Shown: positions 1-14,153, numbered from the stretch's first letter. The stretch: 64,000 bases of DNA from Octopus vulgaris (GCA_951406725.2 OX597822.1:36828001-36892000), one strand, 5' to 3'. Made by a program: numbers and translations. The notes: a model not told the origin generated them from the sequence alone.

Positions 1-527
1 ATAAAAAGAGATTGCTGTTCTCCCCACAAACCCATACTGAAGCTTGGATACAAATAAGGCCAGGATACAATGGATTTAATCAACCTCCAGTATATTGCTT
101 GTATTGTGTATGAACTCCAAAGGATTCAGACAACACAAAGTTGACTCCAGAATGCAGAAGGATATAATAAGGCATTCGGTTACTCCTCTCTTTGTTTCTT
201 AACTCACTGCCCTTGAAGAGCAAATAACATTTGTGCACTTTGACATAATAATAATAAATAATGATTTCTTTATTACTGGCATGAAGACAATTGGAGGGAG
301 GACACTACAGAGACGAGTTACAAAATATGTGTGAGTCAGATGAATGCAACAGAAGATAAACTTTTTACTTCAAGTTTTTATAAATTTTTTACTGATATTT
401 GATAAGATGAGATTCATTGAAACCAGTAATATTTTCTTCATATAATTTTTAAAATCATTTTTATTAAATTCCTTCTTAAATTGAAATGTCAGACATACTT
501 CTGTGTTATTTCCACCTCCATATTTTA

Positions 528-582
<55 letters not shown>

Positions 583-3500
583 ACTTATACAGACATACAA
601 ACACAAACATATATATATAAAAATGAAAAACAAGGTCTACCACCTAGAACCAAAACTAACAACAAAGAATTATATTTAATGTCAACAGGATACATAAAAA
701 GATACAGTAAACATATTCACATACAGAATCAATCAGTTTAACAGTCTTTGGTTTCAATGAGTTGATTTAAATATAGGGAGGAGAGTTGTGTGTGTGAGTA
801 TGTGTGTGTGTGTGTGTGTGTGAAAGAGAGAGAGAGAGTTTGTTTGTGTGTGGGTATTTGCTCATTCATTTTACATCTGTTTTTTCCGTGCCAGCATGGG
901 TTAGACAAATACATTATTGAGGTATCACTTTACATCTAGATGCTACTCCTGTAGCCAACATTTACCTATTTTTATCAAGTAAGGGATTTTTAAAATTCCA
1001 TGTGTCTTTGAAAGCACAGAGCTATTTGTTAACTGGGAATTGTTAACACTCACCATATACATCCTGTGAATCAAAGAATTTAAGCTTTCACCTGGGCATA
1101 CACACAAACCTCAAACCACCAGGGACTGTATAAACATGAAGAGTGAAATTTTCTCATCATGTCCACACTTTAGAAAATATGTTGAGTGAGAAGTAAAAAT
1201 AAACCACCAAACAGGCTGGATGCACAGGCATCTCAACACTGATAACCCCTACATCTCAACTTCTATCAATGCAATAACCTTCCTACTGTTTGTTTGCCCT
1301 TTGTGCAGTTAATTTACAAAATTTTCACTTCTTGTAAGAGCCTAGCTCTATTTACTGTTCAGTAAATTATCTCCCTTTGATAATCTCTTGTGTTTTACAA
1401 ACTACATGTTCTCACTTAAACCTCACTTACTTCATACAGATTTGCTAACCCATCATGTTGACATTAACAGTTTGAGAAGTGGTGACATAAATTTAATATT
1501 CTGGCTGTGGCTTTTATTAATATATATATCAGATTGGAGCCTGGTGTGGCCTCCTGGCTTGCCAGTCCTCAGTCAAACCATCCAACCCATGCCAGCATGG
1601 AAAACAGACGTTAAACAATGATGATGATGATGATGACAAAGAGAAATAATAACTTACAGAAAACAGGTATGGTATTCAATGCTTTACAGAACATACACAT
1701 GTTTCAGCAAAATCCCATAATAATTACATAATGTAGTCTTGCACTATACCTAATTGAAGTGCAAGATTGCATAATGTTTCTATATCTGTTACGTAATTAT
1801 TGAGACATTTTGATGAAACATGTGTATGTTCTATAAAGCATTGAATACTGGAGTGGTGTGTGGAATCCACTATTCCGCCTGATCTTTGGTTATATGTCAT
1901 ACTTCACAGTGTCTTTTTTTGATACACACATACACACCCGCACATGCATATAAACATATATATACATATACACAAATACCCACAGACACACAGAAATGCA
2001 CAAACACAAATACAAACACACACACACACACATATATATACACATCATACATAAGTATATATACATTATACATAATTCATACATAATGGTGAAGTATGTG
2101 ATACATCAAAGAATATTTGCATACAATTATAATATAACATTGTGAAACTGATAACATTACAAACAACAGCAAGTAGTGATAGTGGCGGCGACGAAGGTGG
2201 TGGTGGTGGTGATGGTAGAGGAGAAAAGGAGAATCACTATGGTAGTTGTGGTAATGGTGAAAGATAACGGTGGTGGTGGTGGTGGTGGTGGTTGTAGTGG
2301 GGGTAGTAGTCGTTGTTGTCCTGATAGCAGAGAATAAAATAGATGACATATAAATGGGAAGGTGATAGGAAAGTTTGTTCTTAAAGTTTCTTCCTTTGTT
2401 CTGAGTACAAAATAAATTCTTATTTCAGAAAACTCTCCTACACACACACACACACAAAATTGTGACATTGACCCCTAAGACACCTCCCCACCTTAACTCC
2501 TGTATTACTTTAACAAGTGATAGTAACCACGCTACAATTCTCACTTACAACAGACACTGATCTCACCAGCTCTGCCTATTATTCCCAACAAACATACCAA
2601 AAAAAAAAATGGGTACTGCACATTCTTAAATGTTAATTCAATAATTCCATCAAAAAAAAAATACAGAATAACTGCAGCTTGAACACTCATTCATATTTCT
2701 TTGAAACCGTAAGCATTTAAACCAGCCATAAATGGCCCAAATATTCTACCTGTTTTATGTTCAAACTAACGAGAGCCAGCCTCTCACAGCTACCATTCAA
2801 TGTCATTCTAAAAATGAACAATCACGTGATTGAAATCTTGAAGCTATGAGGTAAATGTATGATTACTTCAAAACAATGTGTATTAATAAGCATTACATTT
2901 GGCAGGGTAGTCTGAATGCTAAGGGATTAAATATTAATTTCATAATTTCATGATACAAACAGAATGGCCATGACTAAAATATTCATTCAATCTTCTTTCA
3001 AAGGAGAGCTGAACTGAGCCGGCTGGCTGGTTGGGAGGAAGGAGAGGGGCAGAGAAAGGGTCAACACCAAGAATAACAATGAAAAATATATATTAGAGGT
3101 ACATTTATGAAAGTCATAACAGCAGCTGTATCTCATTACTGTTCAAGTTGATCATTATTCAAGAAATAATATCTTAACAGAAAAGTTTTTAATTAATTAG
3201 AGCCAGGCTTTGTTTTTGTTCAATGGCATCAATAATTGACTTTCTGCTGTTGGTATTTAAGCAAAACGCTTGGTACCATTCCAAGTCCAACTTTCATACA
3301 GATTTAATAGGATTAAATATATGCAAATGAAAAACAACAGTTAATTAATTTGTGAAGCAAGCAAGTTAGGTAGTGCATAGACAGTGCTGAAGAGAAAAAA
3401 AAAAACTATACTGTGTCTATAATTATTTGTATTCATGCAGGGATTAATGGCAATGATAACAGAAATCAGTGATAGGTTCAATTCAGATTATTAACTAGAG

Positions 3501-3603
3501 ACATAGAAACTGACATATATAATAGAAGTAAACAACTAACAGCCTAAGCTTTATGTCTGCGTCTCAGTGAAATTCTGTGTATGCTTTTGTGTATAAACAC
3601 ACT

Positions 3604-3635
<32 letters not shown>

Positions 3636-4073
3636 TGTATGTATTTGTGACTGTGTGGTTGATAAGCTTGTTTTCCAATCACCTGCTTCCAGGTTCAGTC
3701 TTACTATGTGGTACCTTTAGTGTTTTCTACTGTAGCCCTGGGTTGACCAAAACCTTGTGAGTGGATTTGATAGATGGAAGCTGGAGGGGTCCTGTTGTGC
3801 ATGTGTGTGTGTGTGTGGGTGTGTATACACATACACATATATACACATATATGCATACATATATATCAGAGTTCCTACAGAAGGATCATCTGTTTCACGG
3901 GTCTAGCTGATATATAAACCAGACTCACATCATCAAGAAACAGGCTACGAGGACATGAGTAGAAGCGTAGTTGTATAGTTTTTTTATGCAACACGTACAT
4001 CTGTGTGTGTGTGTGTGCCTGCAGGTAAATGTGCCTACAATATATAGTATTTTGTGCATGTATGTGTGTGTGA

Positions 4074-4112
<39 letters not shown>

Positions 4113-4813
4113 TGAGAAAGAGAGAGTGAACCAGAGATTATATACTCCGAAACAGCAGTTTCATAATGTTCATACATGTCAGTGGGTTGGAAAGTAACAA
4201 GACGATTCTACAATGGGATGATACTAAGCAGTGTACATCATCAACTGATGTCTGCCATACATCAAGGGTATCCTCTTTGAAATTTGGACATATGTCGGCA
4301 AATGGGAATTAGTTCTTTCTGTTTAAGACTAGGGTAGAATGATGGATGGTAAGGAGTTCCTCTGTGAGGTAGAAGTTGTAAGACTTTGAACCATTTGTAA
4401 AAAGCCTATACCTTATCTAACACTGCTCATGAAATGTTGGTGGCCTATCAATGAAATTATTATCCTTACTTTCTAATTTTCAGAGAATCCTACAAAATTA
4501 TTGTCAGACAAAACCTTTTTGCAACAACTGACCAAATGCCAAAGCTGCATCAAAAGCATAAGCCAGGACTCTAAAATCAAAAATAATTTGATGACACTTA
4601 ATTGTTTTTAATTGAAGTTATTAAAGACAATGTTTGTGTTTGTTTTTTAAAGCTAACAAAAGTAATTACTGAGAAAGAGTAAAAAAAAAAAAAAATTGAA
4701 AATAAAATTGATTAATAATTTTCACAATATATATCAGGAAAAAGGAAATCCATGACATAGTCCATATATATGAACAACTTAAAAGTAAACAGAGCTACAG
4801 CTGCAATGAATAG

Positions 4814-6919
4814 TCACTGCAATATTGTCTCAACATCCAATTCTTTCTTCTTTTTCCTTGCTGACTTTAATCTTGAAGCAGTTTTTGGTCGTCCTAATTT
4901 ATTACCTTTAGCAGAGTTTACTCTCATACTCTGAGTAGCTCCTTCTTTTGTGTAGGCAAGATAGACTCCAGATATGTCAGATTCATTAAAGCTAGCTGAT
5001 AGACTTTCAGTATGCGGTGAGTGTTTGCGCATATTGTTCCCTGTGTATGCAACACATTTTAGCTGCCATTCCCCAATATCGTCATTCCAGTGAACATAGT
5101 GCTCCAACATTTTCTGGAATTCCATAGGAATGAAATTGTCAATAATCAGCATTTGAAGCTTCAATTCTCGGCTGAGCTGGCGAACATTTTCAAGCAGACC
5201 TTCCATTTCTCTCTGGTGGTCTTTTTGTACATCAGCAATTTCAATCTTAGCTTGTGTGTACATAGACCAGCATTTCTTGAGTTTTTTGGTTTTACCAATA
5301 ACTTCTTCCTGCAAAGTTGAATATTTTTCTTCTATATCCAGTCTTTCTTGTTCTTTTTCTTCTAAAGCTTTCCGTAGTTCTTCTTCTCTCTTCTTCCTTT
5401 CTTCTAACTCACAGGCACTTTCTTCCAATAGTCTTTCTTGTTCTTCAGCCTTTTCTAAAAGATTCTCACCACCAACAATAATTTTCTTCTCTATCACAGC
5501 TAACTTTTGTGCCAATTGGTGTTGTTCTTCTAAATACTTCTTCATCTCAGACTCTTTCTCATCAAGATTATATTTTATTTTCTTTCTCTCCTCTTCAGCT
5601 AAATCTTTCTTTTCTTCCAGTATTTTGCGATCATCTTCAATCTTAGACTGAATTTCTGCCATTTTTTCTTTAGAAATTTTATGTGTTTTTTTCACTTTTT
5701 TATTGCTGCTTTTCCCATCTTTCTCAATAATTTCTTCATTTCCATCAGACCCATCATTATCATTATTAAACTCACCTTCTTCAAGTTGCCGTTTTAGTTC
5801 TTTAATTTCTTCCTGAAATTGCCGAAGTAAAGCATCTTTTGGATCTTCATTAACCTTAGCTTTGTTCTTTATACATTTTGCTCTGTTGGCATACCTCAGA
5901 GTGCTAATGGTCTCATCATAGTTATAATCTGCTGGACCAATATTGGCAATCATTACTGTTTTTGAGTTACCTCCAAGGGAATCTTGCAACAAACGTGTCA
6001 GTTTGGAATTTCTGTAAGGAATATGGCTACTTTTCCCATCAACTAAGGCAGAGATCACATTGCCAAGGGTAGAAAGAGATAAATTAATTTTTGTAGCTTC
6101 TTTAAGTCGTTGACCGGTGGCACCTGTTTTTGCTTGACGTTCAGAGCCTGCTAAGTCAACAAGATGAAGTTTCCCCATTCGGACATGTTGTTTTCCATCA
6201 ATACCTTTCTCACTACATTCAATGGTCAAGGAGAAGATAGCATGTGATCGTGAACTGTGAGCATTCATATTAGTAGCACCCACAACCCGATTTTTGTTCC
6301 CTAGCGTCATGATTCGATCCATATCATCGGCATTATTTACAACAAAAGCAGAAAGGTCCTTCACGTAAACACCAATGTCAGGCCTCTCTTTAACCTCAAG
6401 CCGTTGCATTTGGTCCTTACCAAGCAAATCACGTACTTCTTCATTATAAATCTCTAGATAAGATACTCTTACCAAGAACTGAGTTTCACCCTCAGCTTTA
6501 GCAATGGCACCAAATATATGAGCAAATGAATTAGGAATAATACCCCGCTTTTCTGCCACTACCCTGAGGCCCTCCATTGTGAATGTTTTGCCTGTTCCAG
6601 TCTGGCCGTATGCAAAAATTGTTCCATTGTAACCAGCAAGAACTGAATCAATAATAGGGCGAGCAACCTCATTATAAACATCAACCTGTTTGCAATCATG
6701 TCCAAATACAGTATCAAATGTATAAACTTTCATAGGTTCACCATGGCCAGGGGTAGGGTTTTCTACTGAGACTGTTCCTCTTACAGAATCGACAAAAACT
6801 GTCTTCTTACATTCTGAAGAAATTTCTTTTTCATTGAGTGGCCGACAGCGAACAGCTACCTTAACATTATCACTGCTGTCACCACCAACCTTACCTTCCA
6901 CTAACTTATTCACTTTCAT
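4814..6919 (-). CDS. KIF3A: Kinesin-2 motor subunit KIF3A (KRP85/KLP64D-like), 701 aa, single coding exon
   Basis: N-terminal motor domain with VRCRP, P-loop [25 protein letters not shown] and [20 protein letters not shown], followed by a coiled-coil stalk. The tail [15 protein letters not shown]...VYLAYT...RPKTA...ETILQ is KIF3A-like. An in-frame TAA lies 27 nt upstream of the ATG. Confidence 0.95.
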   Translation of the reverse strand: MKVNKLVEGKVGGDSSDNVKVAVRCRPLNEKEISSECKKTVFVDSVRGTVSVENPTPGHGEPMKVYTFDTVFGHDCKQVDVYNEVARPIIDSVLAGYNGTIFAYGQTGTGKTFTMEGLRVVAEKRGIIPNSFAHIFGAIAKAEGETQFLVRVSYLEIYNEEVRDLLGKDQMQRLEVKERPDIGVYVKDLSAFVVNNADDMDRIMTLGNKNRVVGATNMNAHSSRSHAIFSLTIECSEKGIDGKQHVRMGKLHLVDLAGSERQAKTGATGQRLKEATKINLSLSTLGNVISALVDGKSSHIPYRNSKLTRLLQDSLGGNSKTVMIANIGPADYNYDETISTLRYANRAKCIKNKAKVNEDPKDALLRQFQEEIKELKRQLEEGEFNNDNDGSDGNEEIIEKDGKSSNKKVKKTHKISKEKMAEIQSKIEDDRKILEEKKDLAEEERKKIKYNLDEKESEMKKYLEEQHQLAQKLAVIEKKIIVGGENLLEKAEEQERLLEESACELEERKKREEELRKALEEKEQERLDIEEKYSTLQEEVIGKTKKLKKCWSMYTQAKIEIADVQKDHQREMEGLLENVRQLSRELKLQMLIIDNFIPMEFQKMLEHYVHWNDDIGEWQLKCVAYTGNNMRKHSPHTESLSASFNESDISGVYLAYTKEGATQSMRVNSAKGNKLGRPKTASRLKSARKKKKELDVETILQ

Positions 6920-7313
6920 ATTTCTGCTTCTATATCTTATTTCTTATTGTTCATAGCTCTCGTCATAAAATCAGCTGTCATGGAATGTAACATTGACAGT
7001 TACTGTGTTGTAACATCAATTGTTACTGTGGTATAACATCAGTTGTGACAAATGTGTAACATCAGTTGTAATTGTGGTGTAATATGAACATTCACTGTGT
7101 TGTAACATCAATTGTTGCTGTGGTATAACATCAGTTGTGACAAATGTGTAACATCAGTTGTAACTGTGGTGTAATATGAACATTCACTGTGTTGTAACAT
7201 CAACTGTGACTGTGTTGTAACATCAGCTGTTACTACTGTTGTGATTATCGAATGACATCAGCTCTTTCTGTGTTCTGTGATGTAAGGTCTGCTACTTTCT
7301 CCAGTGAAACAAT
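6920..7313 (-). other. KIF3A: Putative 5'UTR part of the KIF3A coding exon
   Basis: Strong splice acceptor on the minus strand (tttcattttatttcttttattacag|att, AG at 7315-7314). No pyrimidine-rich acceptor is seen closer to the ATG. Confidence 0.6.
6985..7240. repeat. Minisatellite of ~23-nt units (tgtgttgtaacatca...) with a 92-bp higher-order period
   Basis: ctgtgttgtaacatcaa recurs at 7003, 7095 and 7187. Confidence 0.9.
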
Positions 7314-8209
7314 CTGTAATAAAAGAAATAAAATGAAATTGGATAAGATACAATATTTAACAACAACAATAACAACACCAAATGCTTAAAGACCATGTTT
7401 TCTGCTAAGCCTTGCAGACCCCCTTTGACAGTCTCTTCCATTTTACCCTACTTAATACATCCCTTCTCCAAAGCCTTCGCCTGGTTTCTTTCTCCATCAA
7501 CTAACTATTTATATATTCTTTTATGTGTCTATTCTTTTACAGGTTTGTATCACTGGGCTATGGCCGTGCTGGGGCACAGCTTCAATGATTTAGGTCATCA
7601 TATTGACTCCAGTACCTATTTCAGTCTTTGAACTATTATGGAACTGATAAATTATATCACAAATTCACCTCTGATTTTGCTGGCTAACAAAGAAAACCCT
7701 TATGTTGCTGCTTGACAGGCTAGAAATAGCAGCCAAATTTCCTGCATATCACACAATACTGTCTGAAAAAAGTAAGATATATATCTGTATACATGACTCA
7801 TATTTAAGAATTTAAAAGATTTTATCACATCCATCCAGTTCCAGAAGCTATTTTAGGGTAAAGATAAACCAACTGACAAGATAAGTCCCTCTAAATTCCT
7901 TCATATATCTAATGTGTAGGGAGGTGGAATAAACATTTAACAAGATAGTGACACATACATACATACTAATATTGTCAATGCTGTCATCATCATCATCAAT
8001 GTCAATATCTAAGTGAATGTAGGTATATGTTAGTTTACCTCTAAATAAGTAACTGCTGTGAAACATGGAAACATCACAAGTGATGAAGTAAAAGATATGT
8101 GGGGATACTATCAGATGGTGATACCATTTATCTGGTGATATCATTACCTTGTGATACCATCAGGTGATGATACCATTTACTTGGTGATTTCATTAAAATA
8201 ATGAATGAA

Positions 8210-9383
8210 ATGGTACATGGATACATGAGTTCCTTACAAATAGAACTCAAACAGTCACTGTGAATGGAACCCATTCAACACCATCACCTGTGACCAGCAG
8301 TGTTCCTCAGGGTACAGTACTCGGCCCAATCCTGTTTCTCACCCTCATCTCTGACATAGATGAAGATACAACCAGCAACGTCTCATCCTTTGCTGATGAC
8401 ACCAGGGTCATGAGACAAATCAAAGACGAGGTGGATACAGGGGCCTTACAAAAGGACCTGACCACCATATATAAATGGCAGGAAACAAACAACATGTTGT
8501 TCAATGATAAGAAGTTTGAACTAATTCGCTACGGAACAGATCAAGATCTGAAAAATACAACAAACTACAGAAACCCATCAGGACAACAAATAATGGAAAA
8601 ACAGTATGTGAAAGATTTAGGCATCCACATGGGAACCAGCCTAAAATTCAGAGAACACCTTGACTCAGTCTGTCTTACTGCAAGAAAGTACAGCGGGTGG
8701 ATCTTGCGCACCTCCAAATCAAGAGATACCTCAACAATGAAAACCCTCTGGAACAGTATGATACTTCCGAGGATTGACTACTGTTCTCAGTTGTGGTCAC
8801 CAACAACAAAGGGCCAACTATCTAAGATGGAATCGCTCCAAAGAAATTTTACCTCATACTTCTCAGAAACAAGGGACCTGGACTATTGGCAAAGACTCAA
8901 AACCTTGAAGATGTACTCAATAGAAAGAAGATTTGAGTAATACCGAATTATATACATTTGGAAAATGATAGAGCAAAAGGTGCCAAACTTTGGTATCAAA
9001 ACCTACCACTCACTGCACCACAGAAGACGCTGCCAGCTACCACCAATCAACAAAAAGGCTGGCCAGGCAGCAAAAACCCTGCGAGAGTCAAGTCTGTTGG
9101 TTCGAGGAGCACAACTATTCAACTCCATTCCGGTACATGTCAGAAATCTATCAGGATGCAGTGTGGAATCATTCAAATTGCAGCTGGATAGATACTTAAG
9201 CACCATTAGAGATGAACCCCATCTCCCAGGATATACACAACGAGCACAAACTGACTCAAACTCGCTCCTACACATGTCAAAATTAAACAGAGAATACAAC
9301 CTGGCAACCACACCAGACTCTAAGGGTGGAGTCTTTGACTTGGCCTGAGCATGGACTCAAATTCAAATGAAATGAAATGAAAT
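8210..9383 (+). mobile_element. 5'-truncated CR1/L2-group non-LTR retrotransposon (RT C-terminal half) with (AAATG)n tail
   Basis: Motifs WIHEFLTNRTQTV, VPQGTVLGPILF, FADD, KDLG and DYCSQLWSP. A single in-frame TAA (8938-8940) separates two ORFs. An aaatg repeat tail lies at 9366-9383. Confidence 0.9.
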
Positions 9384-9459
9384 AACAAATGCCAGTCAAG
9401 CAACAAAATGCAATATACTGTGTGTTAAGAACATTAAAACAATTGACATCCACCATTCA

Positions 9460-9680
9460 TTCTGTACCATGATAATACAGTACTATATAGTGATAGTACA
9501 GTACTATATGATGACAGTGCAGTACTATATAGTGGTAGTACAGTACTATACAGTACAGCACTGTATAGTGATACAACAGTAATATACAATAATAGTACAG
9601 TACTATATAGTGACAGTACTGTATTATACTGTAATAGTATAGAACAGGAATAGTATAGTACTACACAGTGATACCACAAT
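9460..9680. repeat. Degenerate minisatellite (tacagtactatatagtgatag-like)
   Basis: Repeated tacagtactata units are visible directly. Confidence 0.75.
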
Positions 9681-10716
9681 ATAAAGGTGGTACAGTTGTA
9701 TACTAAAGAAATAGTTTAGTAAAATACAGTAATAGTAAAACAAAAACTAGTGAGTAATTTAATTTAATGACACTAAAAAATAAATTAGTTGGTTATAAAA
9801 AAAATTTGATGAAATTTTAAATTTAATTAATATTTGTTATTAGCAATGGAAGCAGTATTACTTCAAATTAGGGATCTTTTCTGTTGCTGTCAGTTACTGA
9901 AATTTTAAATTTCAATAGTTCACTGTTATATGCAGAAAATCGTAATCATCAATTTCAGGAATGTGAAAGTAGGCCCTCCACAAGTCACTTAAAATTAAGG
10001 TTCCATGAAGAATTGACTGGTGTCTGCATTCCTCTAGCATGTTGTGATTCTGACATGGCACTGCATAAAGAAAATCATGTCTGGTCTTGCGACACACTCT
10101 TTCAAATACCTATTGTTCAGGTTGTATTTATGTCTGTAGCTTAAGCAGACTATACACTGGTTTGTTATGGAAACAGGCACTAATATGTCCATGGCTTTCA
10201 ATTGGCTAAAATTACCCAGAATTTTCAAACTTTAAAAGCTATTAACTTTTTATTTATCAATTTATGGCAAAAATGAATTCCATTTCCATAATTAGCACAC
10301 AAAACTACATCAGTACACCAAATCTGAAAACAATTGAAACAAGATTTAGAAAACTAACTACTGCGACAGCAACTGAAAAGATACCACACTAGCAATCTAA
10401 ATATCACACTTAAAATATATATACTGTTGAAAGCCTTCCAAATTGTGTAATTCATTTTGAGAAAGCATCTCTTATAGATGCTGCTAAAAGAATTTTATTC
10501 AGCCTGTCAGCTAAATGCAACATCAGTGACCTTTCAATCACTGATTAACTATATTAGCCAGCAACCGATTTTTGCTTAGCATACAGTGCCAGTGGACCCT
10601 TGCTACTGATGAAGCTCAAAGAAGCAGAAATCCTGATTTCTCAATGCCATTGCCACTGCCATGCAATTTTCACTTGTTGCTGATATATTTCTGTGCTTTT
10701 TAACACTATTAGAAAT

Positions 10717-10796
<80 letters not shown>

Positions 10797-10917
10797 ACAC
10801 ACACACAATCATCATCGTCATCTATGAATGCATGTCCTATGCATTCAAGGCCCAGCTCTCACTACCATGTAACACTGCTGTTCATACACAAGCATTGTAC
10901 AATCTGCCTTTCTATGA

Positions 10918-10958
<41 letters not shown>

Positions 10959-11051
10959 GGGGGGGAGGAATTCACAAAAAAACAAAAGACGAAGAAAGGT
11001 GGTGTAGACAACAAACAGATGTATTAGTATAACGCTTGGGAAGTGAAAAAG

Positions 11052-11089
11052 TCTTTAACGTTTCGAGCCTATGCTCTTCCACAGAAAGA
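11052..11089 (-). ncRNA. Hammerhead-like motif with variant core (CUGUGGA), probably in a Penelope-LTR-like repeat
   Basis: Minus strand reads tcttt-CTGTGGA-a-gagc-atag-gctc-GAAA-cgtt-aaaga. Helix I and helix II pair, and helix III is the palindrome AACGTT. Confidence 0.5.
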
Positions 11090-11158
11090 AATAAGGAGAG
11101 AAAATAAAGAATGTGTAGTGGCTAGTGATCTATCATGGCGAATGCCGGACAGAAGGGT

Positions 11159-11201
<43 letters not shown>

Positions 11202-13545
11202 ATGTATATGTAATGTAATTGGCCATAGTCGCATATGGTCCCAGCTATGGTTTTAATTAGTATGTTATGGAAGAAACTCCAAGCACAAACCCTCACTGCC
11301 CTTGGGAAAGGAAAAAGCTAAGGGAGTCAACCTCAACAGCAAATCAAAGAGTGGGATCTCTCTGGTGGTTCACTGTCCTCTTTGACACCTTTCAAGCAAC
11401 TCCAGGGTAGATGGAGATCCCCGACTCTGTATGGCAATTCACTAAAGTGAAGCCCATTCCAATGTAAAACTGATCATCACAGCCATGTTAGCCCACTGAG
11501 ACAGACCTCCAAGTCTAAAGAGTGGGCTGTGATTGCACAGACTCATCGTCATCATCATCATCTCTGGTTTCCATGCTGGTGTGAGTCGGACAGTTTCACA
11601 GGAGCTGGTCAGTTGGAGAGCTGCATCAGGCTCTAATTGTCTGTTTTGACAAGGTTTCTACAGTTAGATGCCATTCCAAACACCAAAGATTTTACAGTGT
11701 ACAAGGTGTTTTTTTACATGGCACCAGCCAGGTGGCACAGGCGCTTTTCAGTCTGACACCAGCATAGGTGATTTTTATGTGGCACCAGCATGGGTGCTTT
11801 TTACATGATCCCCCAGCACTAGTGAGTCCACAAAGCAAGAGCTTCTCAGGTATGGCCATAAAGGACTGACTCTCATTTTAGAACCACTATGCACAATCAG
11901 GAAGAAAAACTTTGCAGTGTCAAGGATCATTTTACATATGCATTTGAGAGCATACATATATATATTATAGCTGCCACCGCCATCACTTTCCCTACAACTG
12001 CCATCTACCACTGCTTCTACAATTATCCTCACCATGGGTTAAAATAGAAAAATCTCTACTCTTGCAGCATGTTTGCTATCTCTAAAATTTCAAGCTTGTT
12101 CATCAACAAACAGGTTTTCTAGCTTATACAGACACTTTCTATTTGAAAACACACAGACGCATACACACGTTTTCTCTCTCCCTCTCTTATGCAAATGCCT
12201 TAATAAATTACCTGCACCTGTCATTTATTAATAACAGGAAAAGATATGAATAACCTTCTCCTCCTCTACACACTAGCAGACTGACACAGCTGATAGGAAG
12301 ACTAGAAAGTACACAGCTGTTGCCCTCTCTCACCACCACACTAACACTATTAAGGCTTCCTTTTGTGCCACACATTAAGGTAGAGAGTGAAGGCCTATAT
12401 TTCAAAAACTACCCTTATAACTACTACTACTACTACAGCCGCCACCACCACCACCACAACTGCTGCTGCTGCTATTGCACATTATATACCAGCCTTTACT
12501 ACATCAGTATAACATAAAACAATTCTTAACACCTTTGTATATGATGACTCAGTGTACATCATAAAACTGTCCTTACTACTAATATACATCATAAGATAAT
12601 CTATACAAATACTCTACATCATAAAAGCAACTGTCACTACTGTGAGTCATATGACAGATAGAAAACTTCTATATAGTTCTTTGATCTGTTAGGCATAGCA
12701 ACCAAAATCCTGCTCAATTCACACTCTTGCCGTCTTAAATAAGAAAAGGATAGATTCAATATTATAGGCCTACATACTAAATTTACAAGATGGGTATGGC
12801 TGGAATGTTTTTGATCATAGGTCTGTTCAACTGGGATTAATCTTCAGCTAAGTAAAAAATATCAACAACATCAGACAATCCATACTACCAAAGCATATCA
12901 CATCTCTCCAACATACTTATTCCTTCCTGGAATGACCAGATCGCTACTTTCATACTTAAGTACTATCTACACATACATAGCATATATATATACACACATA
13001 GAATCACGCGCGTGCACACACACACACATAAACAAGCACACAGATGCAGAGTTTCTCACACTCACACCATTCTATGTAATGTTGCAGTGAAGATCCCTAA
13101 ATATAGCCAGAGTTGCTCAGTTGTAGTAATGCATTCCAGCAGACTACAGGTGTGTTAATTGTGTTAATGGTATGATGGTAGAGAGAGGGAGAGAGAGGGA
13201 AAGAGAGGGAGCAGTATTGATTACACCTCAATGGCAGGTTTACTGCAAACATCAGCATCAATAAACTGTATGTATATATGTATGTATGTATGTAAGTATG
13301 CATGATGTATGTATGTGTGTGTGTGTGTGTGTCTGCATCATCCTCATCATCATTTAATGTACATTTTCCATGCTGGCATGGGTTGGACGCATGTGTGTGT
13401 CGATATATATATATATGTATGTATGTGTGTGTATGTGTGAATTTATGTATGATTTATGTTTATATGTATGTATGTATGTATGTATGTGTGCATGTATGCA
13501 TGTGTGTGTACGTATGCATGTATGTATGCATATATATGTAGTTGC

Positions 13546-13599
<54 letters not shown>

Positions 13600-14153
13600 T
13601 CATATTTACCTCTTCATAAAAACAGAAACAGGCACACAGAACAAGTTTGAAACTAACTTCTCACACTAACAACACACACACACATATACACACACACATA
13701 TATACACACACACACACATACATAGCAACACAAATAAGGTTAGGTAAACACACTTGTATTCGTGTACAGACATATACATACAGGTAATGGCATTCAGGTA
13801 ATAGACAAGTATACTTAAATATCTACATGCATCGGCACAGAACTACATACATAGACCCATAAAGATGCATAGACATATAACTACAGTTACAGACATAAAT
13901 ACATAACCATATACTTATATAAATAACTACAGTACCAATGCAGCATGAGTTATGGAAAAATATGCATAGAGAGTCTCTTATCCATAAGTTTAATGAATAC
14001 ATATTTGGTCTCACTGTGGAAGCTGACAGGAAAGATGAAAGTCAGTCCAATTTCTATTCAAAGTTGCTAAAATCCCTGTGGTTTAATCATGGGCGTCTGC
14101 CTTCAGAAAACTAAATATATGTTTATCAAACATTATATTGTTTGTATATCTAT

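Noticed and set aside
370-4177. Short ORFs rich in YI/CV/HT/SL repeats (also throughout the window)
   Set aside because: They are translations of (AT)n, (GT)n, (CT)n and (GGT)n microsatellites.
5090-5651. Plus-strand ORFs overlapping KIF3A
   Set aside because: Antisense shadows of the Glu/Lys-rich coiled coil.
10606-10640. CTGATGA...GAAA hammerhead-like core
   Set aside because: Helix II is only 3 bp, and there is no convincing helix I, helix III or cleavage triplet.
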